Origin: an uncultured delta proteobacterium
GTDB lineage: Bacteria > Desulfobacterota > Syntrophorhabdia > Syntrophorhabdales > Syntrophorhabdaceae
NCBI GenBank assembly: GCA_963785225.1
Contig: CAWAUQ010000009.1
Coordinates: 115,255-179,254 of the forward strand
Length of the DNA: 64,000 bases
Direction: 5' to 3'
In this document: one piece after another, positions 10,133 through 20,317 of the stretch
How the letters are laid out: every line of letters begins with the position of its first letter
Position numbering within the stretch: position 1 is the first letter of the stretch
Translations under genes and position numbers: made by a program
Notes under the pieces: model-generated
The model's database searches: none
What the model saw: only the letters and a program-made list of their open reading frames with translations
What the model was told of the DNA's origin: nothing

Positions 10133-11237
10133 TCATAAGTGTTCTTCCAAGATCTCTTCCAGATGCTTTCCTACCACTTCCAGAGAATACTTATCTGAGA
10201 CTTCAAGACCCCTTGTTATTAACCCCTTCCGCAAAGCCCTGTCCTCTGCTATCGCGACCACTCCTGCGGCTATCTCTTCAGGTTTGTGGATATTCACGAA
10301 GTATGCATAGTCCTGATACAATATCAAATGAAAGAAAGGGGGATATTTTTGTGAGTATAACGGGCGTGCCCGTACTCATCGCCTCAACAGGAGGAAGTCC
10401 AAAACCCTCTATTTCCGTTGATGCCGAGATGAGTATGTGGCTCTCCCGGTATAGGTCCGCCATCTGCGCCTCAGAAATTCTTACAAAAAATCTATCTACG
10501 ACCCCTGAATCTCTCTCTTCGGTAGAGATGTCCGCAGGTGAAACTCTGGTGAAAAAGATATTTCTTCCCTCGTTCTTTAAAATCCTTACCGCCTCGATAA
10601 TATCCGGTATTGCTTTGTATTCAATATTATAATTCCCGACAGAAAGTATTCTCAAAGGAACACTGGAATAATCGAGTTCTTTCTCTTTAGGGTAAAAAAC
10701 CTTTTTATTGATACCGTTGGGCAGGAGATAGCAGTGTGTGTTGAATCTTTGCTCCACGCCATGAACCAGATGTGGCGCGATGGCCATTTTGACTGTCGGT
10801 AATCTATATAGTCTGTCAAATCGTTCCAGCCTTTTCTTCCATTCCAAAATCTTCCATCTGTATTTAAGCTTGTTCAGCAGACCCCTGCCCTGAAAACGCG
10901 GCGGTATAACCTTGCCATGTATCCTTTCCAAAACATAATCGGGCTCAAAACCCTGTAAAAAATGAAAGAGGGGTATGCCTCTCTTGTGGGCTACCGGCCA
11001 TAATTCCTCTACGTCCTTAGGTGTAGTGACAACAATGCCATCGGCGTCTGGTACAAATTTATCCTCAAAAGAAGGAACAATTTCCGGCTTTATCGGAAAG
11101 CTCCATTCTTCATCAATAAATCGCGTGATAAGATGAACTTCATGGCCCATATTTCTTAAAAGCTCTACATGCTGGAAGAAAACCTTGACACCCCCCGTCA
11201 TGCCTACATGTCGAATCGCATAGACCAATCTTATCAT
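10133..11237 (-). pseudogene. glycosyltransferase, GT-B fold (GT4-like), one frame break near 10310
   Basis: ORF 10278..11237 ends with EGFGLPPVEAMSTGTPVI, the EX7E region. ORF 10133..10327 supplies the remaining C-terminus (YAYFVNIHKPEEIAAGV...). Confidence 0.7.
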
Positions 11238-11277
11238 GGATGCACTATCTTATCCGATCATCAATTGTTATTTCAAT

Positions 11278-12423
11278 CTATTTTAAAACTGAAAGAAGAA
11301 TATTCACAATCTTCTCCGAGGCCAACCCATCACCATAAGGGTTCACAGACTCTGACATACTTTTATAAAGAACAGCATTTTCAAAAAGTTCCAGAGTATT
11401 ATTCACAATACTGTCGCTGTCAGTGCCTATCAGCTTTACAACACCGGCTTCGATTCCTTCAGGCCTTTCTGTTGTATCTCTCATCACGAGAACCGGTTTG
11501 CCAAGAGAAGGCGCCTCTTCCTGAATACCACCGGAATCGGTTAATATTATGTGGGCCTTGTCCATTAAAAATACAAATTGCTCATATTCAAGAGGCGCAA
11601 TGAGATGAATATTCTCTATATTGCTCAAGATTCGTTTTACCGGTTCCTGCACATTGGGATTGAGATGGACAGGGTACACGATGGTCACATCATTCCTTTT
11701 TTCTGCTAATGATTTTAATGCCAGACAGATGCTTTTAAAACCTGCGCCGAAATTTTCTCTTCTGTGGCCGGTAACAAGAACCAGTTTTGCCTGTTGATTA
11801 TTAAGGTCCAAATTCCATTGTTCTTTGAAATATCCCAACATATTTTTTCTTCTGACTTCTGATAATTGACTGCTGACAACACCCAACAGGGCATCCACGA
11901 CAGTATTGCCTGTCACCCATATTTTTTCTGATGGAATATGTTCCTTCAAAAGGTTGGATTTGCTCCATTCCGTAGGCGCAAAATGATAATCTGCAAGGAC
12001 ACTGAGGAGCCGCCTGTTCGTCTCTTCCGGAAATGGACTATACTTATTATATGTTCGTAACCCTGCCTCAACATGTCCCACAGGTATCTTCAGATAATAT
12101 GCGGCAAGACCGGCAACAAATGCCGTCGTGGTGTCCCCCTGGACAAGAACCAGATGTGGTTTAACTTCCTTAAAAACCGTTTTCAAGCCTTTTAACGATT
12201 TTTCAGTCACGTCAAAGAGGTCCTGATTTTCTTTCATGATATTGAGATCATATTGAGGCTGAATGTCAAACAGTGAAAGTACCTGATCAAGCATCTGCCT
12301 GTGTTGAGCAGTAACGCAGACGGTGACATCAAATTGCGAGGTGTATTCTTTTAACTTATTGATAACAGGAGCCATTTTGATAGCTTCAGGCCGTGTTCCA
12401 AAAACAAAAAGTATCTTATGCAT
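11278..12423 (-). CDS. wecB: UDP-N-acetylglucosamine 2-epimerase (non-hydrolysing)
   Basis: 381 aa. MHKILFVFGTRPEAIKMAPV, TAQHRQMLDQV and SDSGGIQEEAPSLGKPVLVMRDTTERPE are hallmark WecB/MnaA motifs. Confidence 0.9.
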   Translation of the reverse strand: MHKILFVFGTRPEAIKMAPVINKLKEYTSQFDVTVCVTAQHRQMLDQVLSLFDIQPQYDLNIMKENQDLFDVTEKSLKGLKTVFKEVKPHLVLVQGDTTTAFVAGLAAYYLKIPVGHVEAGLRTYNKYSPFPEETNRRLLSVLADYHFAPTEWSKSNLLKEHIPSEKIWVTGNTVVDALLGVVSSQLSEVRRKNMLGYFKEQWNLDLNNQQAKLVLVTGHRRENFGAGFKSICLALKSLAEKRNDVTIVYPVHLNPNVQEPVKRILSNIENIHLIAPLEYEQFVFLMDKAHIILTDSGGIQEEAPSLGKPVLVMRDTTERPEGIEAGVVKLIGTDSDSIVNNTLELFENAVLYKSMSESVNPYGDGLASEKIVNILLSVLK

Positions 12424-12428
12424 GAGCC

Positions 12429-13736
12429 CTATTTTCCACTTATTTTCAGACCTTCCACATACAGAGAAGGTGAGCCGAAAACCCCGTAAAACTTCAGGTC
12501 ATTACCCGTTTCTTTAACATTCTGAAGCAGTTCAAAAACATTCCCCGAAAAGATCACACCTTGAAAGGGTATCCTCTCGCTGCCTTTGCACAAATGTCCT
12601 ATTGCGCCAAGGGAAAAATCACCTGTGATCGGATTTGCAGTGTGAGTGCCCATAAGCTCTTCAATGATAATACCTTTTGTGAAACCATCCATGATATCCC
12701 GTTCACCCTGTCTGATAAAGGTGCCCCTTGGACCGCATCTGGGCATGTCCTTAATGCCTGACCGCACACTATTTCCTGTTGATGGAATATTAAATTTGCG
12801 TCCATAATAGGAATCATAGAGGAATGTTTCAAAATACCCGTGATTTACTATAAGGTTATCTTTTGACGGCACACCTTCACTATCAAAGGGAAAGGCATCT
12901 ATCCCCTTATTTCCGGAATCAATAATCGTTAAAGCCTCTGAGAAACATCTTGAACCTTCTTTTGCCTTCAGTTTTGTTTTCTTTTTGAAGAGATTTTCAG
13001 AAAGAAATGATTCTGAAAGAATACCCAGAATATCACATGCGGCCTGAGGCGCCAGAATTCCAGGATAGACCCCTGTATCAATCTGCTTCCCGGAAAGGAA
13101 AGAAATGGTTTTCTCCGCAATCCGTCTTCCAAGCCCTTTTGCATCAAGCTTGTTCAAATGATTTACCCATGACCAGTCATACCAGGAGACTTCATCTTCG
13201 TCCTTGGCGACACACAGGGCAGAAAGCAGATAAATAGTCTTTTTTCCTTCTACCGTCAATCCATTGGAGTTTTCGATCTTATTTGAAAACTCTATCTCCT
13301 GCAACTCACAATTTCTGACCGTAACAATCCGTTTATCGTACTCCCTTATGCTTGCTTCCATATCGATAAGGAGTGCTGTCTTTTGTGCGTCATCAACCAT
13401 CAATCCTTTGTCATCATATAGAGAAATCAACGGATAATCGCTATATTGTCCAGGGAAAAACCTGTCATCATCCCTTTCCGTGATTGATAACAGCGATGTC
13501 GCGTTCTGCAAAAGAGCTTCGTGGGCATTCTCATGGTCATAGGTATAGGCGAAAACCATTTTCCGGTCTTCTATGGCCCGGAGTGCAATACCTTCTTCTT
13601 CCTTAAATTCTATGCCGCAGATTTCTCTTTCTTTGCTTTCAAATTTCTTGCTTCTTTCTTTCAGGTAAAAAAGCTCATAACTATCAAATCTGCTACTCAT
13701 TCTCTCTTTAATTCTTGTGAGATCCATCTCTATCAC
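12429..13736 (-). CDS. TldD/PmbA family metalloprotease
   Basis: 435 aa. The C-terminal region GMHTANPITGDFSLGA...G is typical of PmbA_TldD. Confidence 0.8.
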   Translation of the reverse strand: MIEMDLTRIKERMSSRFDSYELFYLKERSKKFESKEREICGIEFKEEEGIALRAIEDRKMVFAYTYDHENAHEALLQNATSLLSITERDDDRFFPGQYSDYPLISLYDDKGLMVDDAQKTALLIDMEASIREYDKRIVTVRNCELQEIEFSNKIENSNGLTVEGKKTIYLLSALCVAKDEDEVSWYDWSWVNHLNKLDAKGLGRRIAEKTISFLSGKQIDTGVYPGILAPQAACDILGILSESFLSENLFKKKTKLKAKEGSRCFSEALTIIDSGNKGIDAFPFDSEGVPSKDNLIVNHGYFETFLYDSYYGRKFNIPSTGNSVRSGIKDMPRCGPRGTFIRQGERDIMDGFTKGIIIEELMGTHTANPITGDFSLGAIGHLCKGSERIPFQGVIFSGNVFELLQNVKETGNDLKFYGVFGSPSLYVEGLKISGK

Positions 13737-13744
13737 CTACAATC

Positions 13745-14194
13745 CTATATTTCTTTAATCATTGCAATTTCATCACATTCGGGAAACTTGGGACATCGTA
13801 TACAATCGGACCATATCTTCTGGGGAAATACCTTCTTGTCAGTGATATGAAACCCGCATTTCACGAAAAAATCTACTTTATAGGTCAAAAGAAAGAGTTT
13901 TCCGATGTTGAATTGTCTGGCCTCTTCAATACAGGCATCGACGAGCATACGGCCAACCCCTTTTTTTCTCGACGATTCCTCCACACAAAGTGAGCGTATC
14001 TCTGCAAGGTCCTCCCAGCAAATATGGAGGGCGCCGGTACCGATTATCTTCCCATCCTCTATATAGACAAAATAATCCCGCAAATTATCATAAAGTTCAC
14101 CGAGAGGCCGGGGAAGCATCTCACCACTCGATGAAGAACGGTTGATGAGACTATGGATCTTCTTTATATCTTCAATATACGCCTTTCTAATCAT
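13745..14194 (-). CDS. GNAT N-acetyltransferase (short ArgA-like)
   Basis: 149 aa. Acetyl-CoA motif RKKGVGRMLV and C-terminal CIRCPKFPECDE, as seen in short amino-acid N-acetyltransferases. Confidence 0.7.
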   Translation of the reverse strand: MIRKAYIEDIKKIHSLINRSSSSGEMLPRPLGELYDNLRDYFVYIEDGKIIGTGALHICWEDLAEIRSLCVEESSRKKGVGRMLVDACIEEARQFNIGKLFLLTYKVDFFVKCGFHITDKKVFPQKIWSDCIRCPKFPECDEIAMIKEI

Positions 14195-15791
14195 TTTGAA
14201 GCATCTCCTCTGCTCTTTCTAATGTTTTTTCCGTAATCGTTTCCCCACCCATCATCCGGGCAATCTCCTGTACCCGATGATCTCCTGAAAGTTCTCTGAT
14301 ACCTGTTTTTGTTTGCCCTTTTTTAAATTCCTTTTCAACAAGAAAATGATGGTCGCCATATGCGGCAATCTGCGGCAGATGGGTAATACAGATGACCTGG
14401 TGCTTTCTGGCAAGTTCTTGTAACCTCCTGCCTACCATATCGGCAACTTTGCCGCCAATGCCTGCATCGACTTCATCAAAAATCAGTGTTTTTTCCTCTT
14501 CACCGCCAATTACCTTTTTGATGGCCAGCATAATTCTCGATAGCTCTCCGCCTGAGGCCACTTTTCTCAAAGGCTTCAAGGGTTCTCCCGGATTTGTTGA
14601 AATCATAAGTTCGATGTCATCGGCTCCATCCCTGTCAATAAAACCTTTCTCCGTAATCGCTATATTGAACTGGAGGCCTTTCATGGAAAGAAATCCGAGT
14701 TCATCAATGATGGCCCTTTCAATACCCAGAGACCCTTTTTTTCTTTTTCGGGAGAGTTCTTCAGCATCTTCTTTCACGCTATTTTCAAGCATGGCCCTTT
14801 CGTTCTCCATCTCACCGATATTCGTTGAAAGACCATTCAGATAATCGAGTTTTTCCCGCGCAGACCATGCATAGCTCATGATTTCCTTATAGGTCTTGCC
14901 GTACTTATCCTTTAATTTGAAAATATCCGTAAGCCTCTCTTCCAACCTTTCCATCTCTTCGGCATCAAAAAGGAGTGTCTTTTCTACACTTCTCATTTCC
15001 AGCAGGATATCTTCTACATCAAAAGAAACGGATTCAATCTTTTTTCTCATGACCTCCATAGCCTCAATAGTGCTGAAGGACTTAAGCAAACCGACAGACC
15101 GCTTACATATTGCTTGCACTGAATTGTCACCGCCCTGAAGGCCTTCACTGATGTCAGTGAGGACATTGCTTATCTTTTCGGCATTTTTCAAGACCTTGAG
15201 CCTTTCACGGATGGCTTCTTCCTCGCCTTCACTGATCTTTTTTTTCTCGATTTCATCGATCTGAAACTCGAGGAGTTCCGCTTCCTTTCCCCTGCTCTCA
15301 ACCTCTTTCTTTTTCTGATCAAGTTCTGTACTGATTTTCTTAAATGCATCGACTTTCCCTGCAAGGGCTTCCCGGTCATTGGTTAACGAAAGGAGATTAT
15401 CGATAATGGCAGTATAATTTTCCTTATCAAGCAAATGCTGGAAGTCATTCTGGCCATAAATACTGATCAGCATTCCACCAAGCGATTCAAGCTTTGCAAG
15501 CACAACGGGCTCGTCGTTGGAAAATGCCCGTGAACGCCCCGTGTTACTGACAATGCGCTTGAGGATATATTCATCATTGTTGCTGATAAAATGGCCTGTC
15601 ACTTCAGCTTGGAGAGCACTGCTCCGGACTACATCGGAGGATACTTTCGCGTTCATGAGCGTTGATAATGCATTGATAATGATCGATTTCCCTGCACCGG
15701 TTTCACCGGTAATCACATTGAATCCCTCCCCAAACTCGACCCTCAGTTCATCGATAATGGCAAAACCTTTTACGCTGAGATAGGTAAGCAT
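14187..15791 (-). CDS. recN: DNA repair protein RecN
   Basis: 534 aa. N-terminal Walker A ITGETGAGKSIIINAL, long coiled coil, and C-terminal SGGELSRIMLAIK...LIFDEVDAGIGG. Confidence 0.9.
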   Translation of the reverse strand: MLTYLSVKGFAIIDELRVEFGEGFNVITGETGAGKSIIINALSTLMNAKVSSDVVRSSALQAEVTGHFISNNDEYILKRIVSNTGRSRAFSNDEPVVLAKLESLGGMLISIYGQNDFQHLLDKENYTAIIDNLLSLTNDREALAGKVDAFKKISTELDQKKKEVESRGKEAELLEFQIDEIEKKKISEGEEEAIRERLKVLKNAEKISNVLTDISEGLQGGDNSVQAICKRSVGLLKSFSTIEAMEVMRKKIESVSFDVEDILLEMRSVEKTLLFDAEEMERLEERLTDIFKLKDKYGKTYKEIMSYAWSAREKLDYLNGLSTNIGEMENERAMLENSVKEDAEELSRKRKKGSLGIERAIIDELGFLSMKGLQFNIAITEKGFIDRDGADDIELMISTNPGEPLKPLRKVASGGELSRIMLAIKKVIGGEEEKTLIFDEVDAGIGGKVADMVGRRLQELARKHQVICITHLPQIAAYGDHHFLVEKEFKKGQTKTGIRELSGDHRVQEIARMMGGETITEKTLERAEEMLQND

Positions 15792-15793
15792 TC

Positions 15794-16645
15794 CTATCGT
15801 TCACCCCATTTGAGCTTTGTCCTCAATATCTCAAAATATCCTCTTGATGACGAAGGGATGAGGTTCACCACATGGACTGATCTTTTAATCGTCACCTCAT
15901 CGTCAAACTCCAGAGGAAAACCAATCTGTCCGTCAAGGGTTAAGACAACCTTTTCGCCTTTTGATTTCAACTGAGCCCTTACCTTGGCGTTTTCCTGTAA
16001 TATAATCGGCCTGTTGGTCAACGTATGGGGGCAAATAGGCGTCACGATAATGTTCGGAAGTGACGGATATAGAAGGGGACCGCCGGCCGCCACCGAGTAT
16101 CCCGTTGACCCTGTCGGGGTCGAAAAAATAAGACCATCTGCCTTGAATGTTGTGAGATATTCATTGTCCACATAGGTTTCGATATCGATGATTCGTGCAA
16201 GGGCATCTTTTGTAATAACAGCATCATTGAGGACGGTAATTTCAAATATTGTATCACTGCGCCGCTTCACCCTTACATCGATCATAATCCTCTTTGAAAT
16301 GCCAAAATCTCCCTCAAGCACCTTTGTAAGCATTGCGGGAAGCTCTTCTATGGATGTCTCTGTCAAAAACCCAAGTCCGCCGAGATTGACCCCGAGGATC
16401 GGCACTTCTTTTCTCTTGCCGTGCCTCGATACGCTTAAAAGCGTCCCGTCACCGCCAAGGACAATAATAAGATCAGCCCCTTCACCGACATGCTCCATTT
16501 CGAATCTTTTGTCGTAACTTAATATCCGGGCTGTCTCCTCTTCCAGAACAATGTTAACAGACGCTCCGAAGGTTCCGATAAGCTCTCCTGCTATGTCTAT
16601 CGCATCTTGCTTGGCCCGTTTACAGACAACATGGATTGTCTTCAT
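15794..16645 (-). CDS. nadK: NAD kinase
   Basis: 283 aa. GGDGTLL motif (IIVLGGDGTLLSVSR) and the NDAV...DGLIFSTPTGSTGYSVAAGGP region. Confidence 0.9.
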   Translation of the reverse strand: MKTIHVVCKRAKQDAIDIAGELIGTFGASVNIVLEEETARILSYDKRFEMEHVGEGADLIIVLGGDGTLLSVSRHGKRKEVPILGVNLGGLGFLTETSIEELPAMLTKVLEGDFGISKRIMIDVRVKRRSDTIFEITVLNDAVITKDALARIIDIETYVDNEYLTTFKADGLIFSTPTGSTGYSVAAGGPLLYPSLPNIIVTPICPHTLTNRPIILQENAKVRAQLKSKGEKVVLTLDGQIGFPLEFDDEVTIKRSVHVVNLIPSSSRGYFEILRTKLKWGER

Positions 16646-17673
16646 GCCAGATACCTTTCTTTCAAAAGATATGAAAGCTCATTGAGAAGCCGGAAGGATT
16701 TCTCCACTGTTGCCGTCTTATCAACATTCATAAGGTTACATGTGGCAGGCGCAAGCAAACTATTTTTCACAATAAGCTCCATATCCAACCCCTTTTTTTG
16801 TAGAACCCCCCACATATCTTCAAGTCTTTTTGCAAGGCTCTGTACATTCTCTCCGGTAAACTCTTCATAATAGGTCGGGACAATACCCCAGCTAATAATC
16901 CCTCCCTCTTCTAAAAATTTCTTCACCGTATCATAGGTGACCAATGTATCACCAAAGGCATATGCATTGAATGAGAGGATCTCGATATTGAGCGTCAAAA
17001 GGAAATCCCAGTCCGGTCGCCCGCAGAGATGAAGGCCCCGCACCCCTTCAATACCGTCAAAAAATTGTGTCAGCTCCTTCTTTGCCTTTATATTATCGTA
17101 ACCGCACATAGCATTAAAAATAAATTCAAGACCGGGGTCATCAACCCACACAAAGGACCTTTCGTTTTTATGCAGAAGCTCCCTGTACTGGGTATTCACC
17201 TTCTTCTGCATAAAATCAAAGGCAAAGGCACGTATTTCATCATTATAAACTATTGGCCTGCCATTCTCATCTACTATTTTTAGGGTAAGGCTCACAGGGC
17301 TGATTGTCTGTCCCCTTATTGACCTGAATAGAGAAAGGTCCTTTTCAAGGAACGTCCTGTAGACAGAAGAAAACTGTCCGGAAAGTGTCAGGTACCCCAT
17401 GTCATCTTCATGCTCAAAATACTGCGGCAACTCATTAAAAAAGGATTGCGTATCCAGATGGACATGCAATTGCTCAACATCAATGACAGCTCCGGGAAAT
17501 TTTTCAAGGGCCTGCACATACATATCCTCATAATAGGAGAGCCGTGGAAGCTGGGGCCAGAAAGGGATGTCCATTGTCATGGCAAGTTCGAGAGCGCTAT
17601 CAACATCCGCATGAGGCATAATCCCCATGGCAGTCGTCGACAAATCTCCTTTAAACCTCAACGGCCTTTTCAT
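16642..17673 (-). CDS. URO-D/MetE-like (cobalamin-independent methionine-synthase-fold) protein, function unknown
   Basis: 343 aa. Possible Zn ligand pattern H-x-C (LHLCG) plus a downstream Cys (PATCNL), reminiscent of the MetE C-terminal domain. Overlaps the nadK start by 4 nt. Confidence 0.4.
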   Translation of the reverse strand: MKRPLRFKGDLSTTAMGIMPHADVDSALELAMTMDIPFWPQLPRLSYYEDMYVQALEKFPGAVIDVEQLHVHLDTQSFFNELPQYFEHEDDMGYLTLSGQFSSVYRTFLEKDLSLFRSIRGQTISPVSLTLKIVDENGRPIVYNDEIRAFAFDFMQKKVNTQYRELLHKNERSFVWVDDPGLEFIFNAMCGYDNIKAKKELTQFFDGIEGVRGLHLCGRPDWDFLLTLNIEILSFNAYAFGDTLVTYDTVKKFLEEGGIISWGIVPTYYEEFTGENVQSLAKRLEDMWGVLQKKGLDMELIVKNSLLAPATCNLMNVDKTATVEKSFRLLNELSYLLKERYLA

Positions 17674-17810
17674 ATAACATCCTTAACAGATGGCCCTGTT
17701 ATTGTCAATATCTAATAGCTTTAAACGTATTTGTTTTCAACAAGTTACATCATCGTAAGCATTTTTGGAGTTGACATTGTCGATAAGAGGTTATACAATA
17801 CGCCTACACC

Positions 17811-18419
17811 ATGACAACCAAAAAGCACTATATGATTCTTCCAACCGCCATTTTCTTATTTCTGGCCTGTATATCTACAACTTTTTCCTTTACCGGTAAA
17901 CTGATTGAGGACACCTCCGAAAAAGAGTTAATCATAGCAAAAACAGTGCAGTACCTGAAAGAGAAAAAGATCAATACTTCTGAAGAAAAAATGAAAGCTA
18001 TCGCGAACAGCGTCTATAAAGAATCGCAGGAATATGATATCGACTACCGTCTCGTCCTTGCTGTCGTGAAAGTTGAAAGCAACTTTAACAATGAAGCGAT
18101 ATCGAGACGTGGCGCCAGAGGTCTTATGCAGATACGACCATCTTCTGCAAAAGGTATTGCCCGCGAATCCGGTGTTGAGGTCAAGGGAGTGAAATGCCTT
18201 CATGAGCCGGAAAAAAATATCAAGATCGGTGTGAGCTACCTTTCTAAGCTCCAGGACATGTTTGACAACATGGTCTCGGCACTTCATGCATATAACGCAG
18301 GACCCGGAAAAGTCAAAAAAGCCGATCCTGAATTTGGCGCCAAAACGACAGCTTTTACCAGAAAAGTTATGAACGAGTACCAGCAGATCATCGAAGTCCT
18401 GCCTGACCCGGAAGACTAA
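17811..18419 (+). CDS. lytic transglycosylase (SLT domain) with N-terminal signal/anchor
   Basis: 202 aa. Catalytic motif VVKVESNFNNEAISRRGARGLMQI and AYNAGPG. Confidence 0.8.
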   Translation: MTTKKHYMILPTAIFLFLACISTTFSFTGKLIEDTSEKELIIAKTVQYLKEKKINTSEEKMKAIANSVYKESQEYDIDYRLVLAVVKVESNFNNEAISRRGARGLMQIRPSSAKGIARESGVEVKGVKCLHEPEKNIKIGVSYLSKLQDMFDNMVSALHAYNAGPGKVKKADPEFGAKTTAFTRKVMNEYQQIIEVLPDPED

Positions 18420-18435
18420 TCCCGCATCCGACAAC

Positions 18436-19359
18436 CTACATCTGTTCTACGATATAACCCTTATTTCTTAAAAGTTGAATAATCCCCCTGCTGCCCGTTA
18501 AGTGCGCTGCTCCTACAACAACAAAATACGTCCCTCCGGATTGCAGGTAGTTTTCAATCCTGTCGGCCATATTCCTGTTCCTTACGATAATCAATTTCTC
18601 ATATATGGGGTAAAATCTGTTTTCATCAACAACAGCTTTGGTGACGAAGGTTTCCATAGCGCGCACATTTCCGGTCTTCCATGCCACAATCAGTTTATCC
18701 ACTTCGCGGGTAAGAAGATCCAAATCTTTCAATGCATAGAGAAGAAATAATTCCTGTTCTGTATCGGAAAAACCTGAAAGGAGGTTAATCTGGTAATCAA
18801 AACTCTCCAGTTCAAGGATTTTTTGTTTTCCCTGTGCCTTGTTGAGAAAATGCTTATCAATACCATATTCGGGATCATAGCCCGCCTTCATCAGTTCCAG
18901 TGATTCCATAGTCAGGGCCAGGAGCCATGGTTTCTGCATTTTGATAAGCTCAAAAGGCAGACCGAGCCTTTCGGCTTCTTTCCGGACCACTGCAATGGCA
19001 TCGCTTGAAATATGCTTTTCAAGGGAATCACCGCCCTGATAAATGGCCTTATTGAGGACCTGTGTTATATTAAGGCGACTGATATCGCCAATATCGGCCT
19101 CTACTGCAAGAAAATCAGACGCATCAAAAGCACTCTCAATTGTCCTGCTCAAAGGATATACATCCTGCTTCAAAAGATGTATTGAACCAAGCAGATAAAT
19201 GGTGCTGTTTTTTGCCTGAAGGCGCCACAGAAAGTTTTTCTGGCTCTGTGAATACGATGAAAAAGGATAAATGCAAATACTGATAAAAATAAGGAAGAGA
19301 GAGACAATGAGTAGCCGGGACAACTTACGGACATGCATATGATTGTTTTTCTCTAACAA
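18436..19359 (-). CDS. TraB/GumN family protein
   Basis: 307 aa. N-terminal TM, then FLWRLQAKNSTIYLLGSIHL and C-terminal YFVVVGAAHLTG, typical of TraB/GumN. Confidence 0.7.
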   Translation of the reverse strand: MLEKNNHMHVRKLSRLLIVSLFLIFISICIYPFSSYSQSQKNFLWRLQAKNSTIYLLGSIHLLKQDVYPLSRTIESAFDASDFLAVEADIGDISRLNITQVLNKAIYQGGDSLEKHISSDAIAVVRKEAERLGLPFELIKMQKPWLLALTMESLELMKAGYDPEYGIDKHFLNKAQGKQKILELESFDYQINLLSGFSDTEQELFLLYALKDLDLLTREVDKLIVAWKTGNVRAMETFVTKAVVDENRFYPIYEKLIIVRNRNMADRIENYLQSGGTYFVVVGAAHLTGSRGIIQLLRNKGYIVEQM

Positions 19360-19462
19360 TGTTCGCCTCTTTTAAGATGTAATATGTATGCACTTATAGC
19401 ACGCAGTTTGAAAAACTGTCAAGCAGGATACTGTATATATTATATTATTTTCCCGGTAATTT

Positions 19463-19471
19463 TGTTATAAT
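19463..19471 (+). promoter_or_regulatory. extended -10 element TGTTATAAT upstream of 19507 gene
   Basis: TGnTATAAT at 19463..19471. AGGAGG RBS lies about 10 nt before the ATG at 19507. No convincing -35. Confidence 0.3.
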
Positions 19472-19506
19472 AATCCTATACAAATAATTACCAGGAGGAA
19501 TACAAT

Positions 19507-19926
19507 ATGTCTACAGGTTTAATGGATTATTTCAATAAACAACCTCGTCTCGGCACACTCAGTACAGCCAGTAAAGAAGGACAGGTAAACTCGGCATACT
19601 TTGGATCACCCCGTATGGTTGATGAAAAGACAATCATCTTGGCACTGTCAAAAAACAGGACCTTTGCGAATCTTCAGGAAAATCCTCATGCCTGTTACCT
19701 GATTATGGAACCAGGTGCTACTCTTCCCGAATGGAAAGGAATAAGGATTTATCTAAAGATGACTGAATGCCAGACATCAGGGGAAAAAGTTGACCTCATG
19801 AAGAAACAGCTTACCGAAAAGGCGGGAGAGGCAGCCGCAAAAATGATCTATGCGGTAATAACCTTCGAGGTGTGCAGCATCAGGCCCCTTGCCGATTTCG
19901 GACAAGGATGGGAAAAATCTATCTGA
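19507..19926 (+). CDS. pyridoxamine 5'-phosphate oxidase-like FMN-binding split-barrel protein
   Basis: 139 aa. The pattern LGTLSTASKEGQVNSAYFG...ILALSKNRTFANLQENPHA is typical of the PNPOx-like family. Good RBS. Confidence 0.6.
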   Translation: MSTGLMDYFNKQPRLGTLSTASKEGQVNSAYFGSPRMVDEKTIILALSKNRTFANLQENPHACYLIMEPGATLPEWKGIRIYLKMTECQTSGEKVDLMKKQLTEKAGEAAAKMIYAVITFEVCSIRPLADFGQGWEKSI

Positions 19927-20317
19927 CAAATTGCAGTTGCTTTTCCGGTGATTTTTATTGCCACAATTATCCTGCTCTCCTTCAGCGCCCTCTCTATCTG
20001 TCACGCCTTCTTTCGGATTCTTCCAGTTTGGCAATGAGTTTTTGTTATCTTAATTCTCTTTTTGTTTAAAATATCGGCAATCAGATCACCGTTTGTTCTT
20101 GATATTTTCTGAGTTATCCCAAGACAGCTGTAAATTCAAGGAAACATCACTTTGATTCATAGGAGAATTAAACAACTCAAGAGGATATAGAACGGGTGAT
20201 ACTATCAAAAATATTCCTATGTTTTACAATTTAATGTTGTTTGTTCTACAATTAATGTAGCATTTTACCTAAAACATTATCGTATTAATTTATTTTATCC
20301 TATAATATCATGATGTT

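Noticed and set aside
10015-10632. 205-aa plus-strand ORF
   Set aside because: It is antisense to the glycosyltransferase gene. Its Ser/Leu-rich composition is typical of a reverse-frame artefact.
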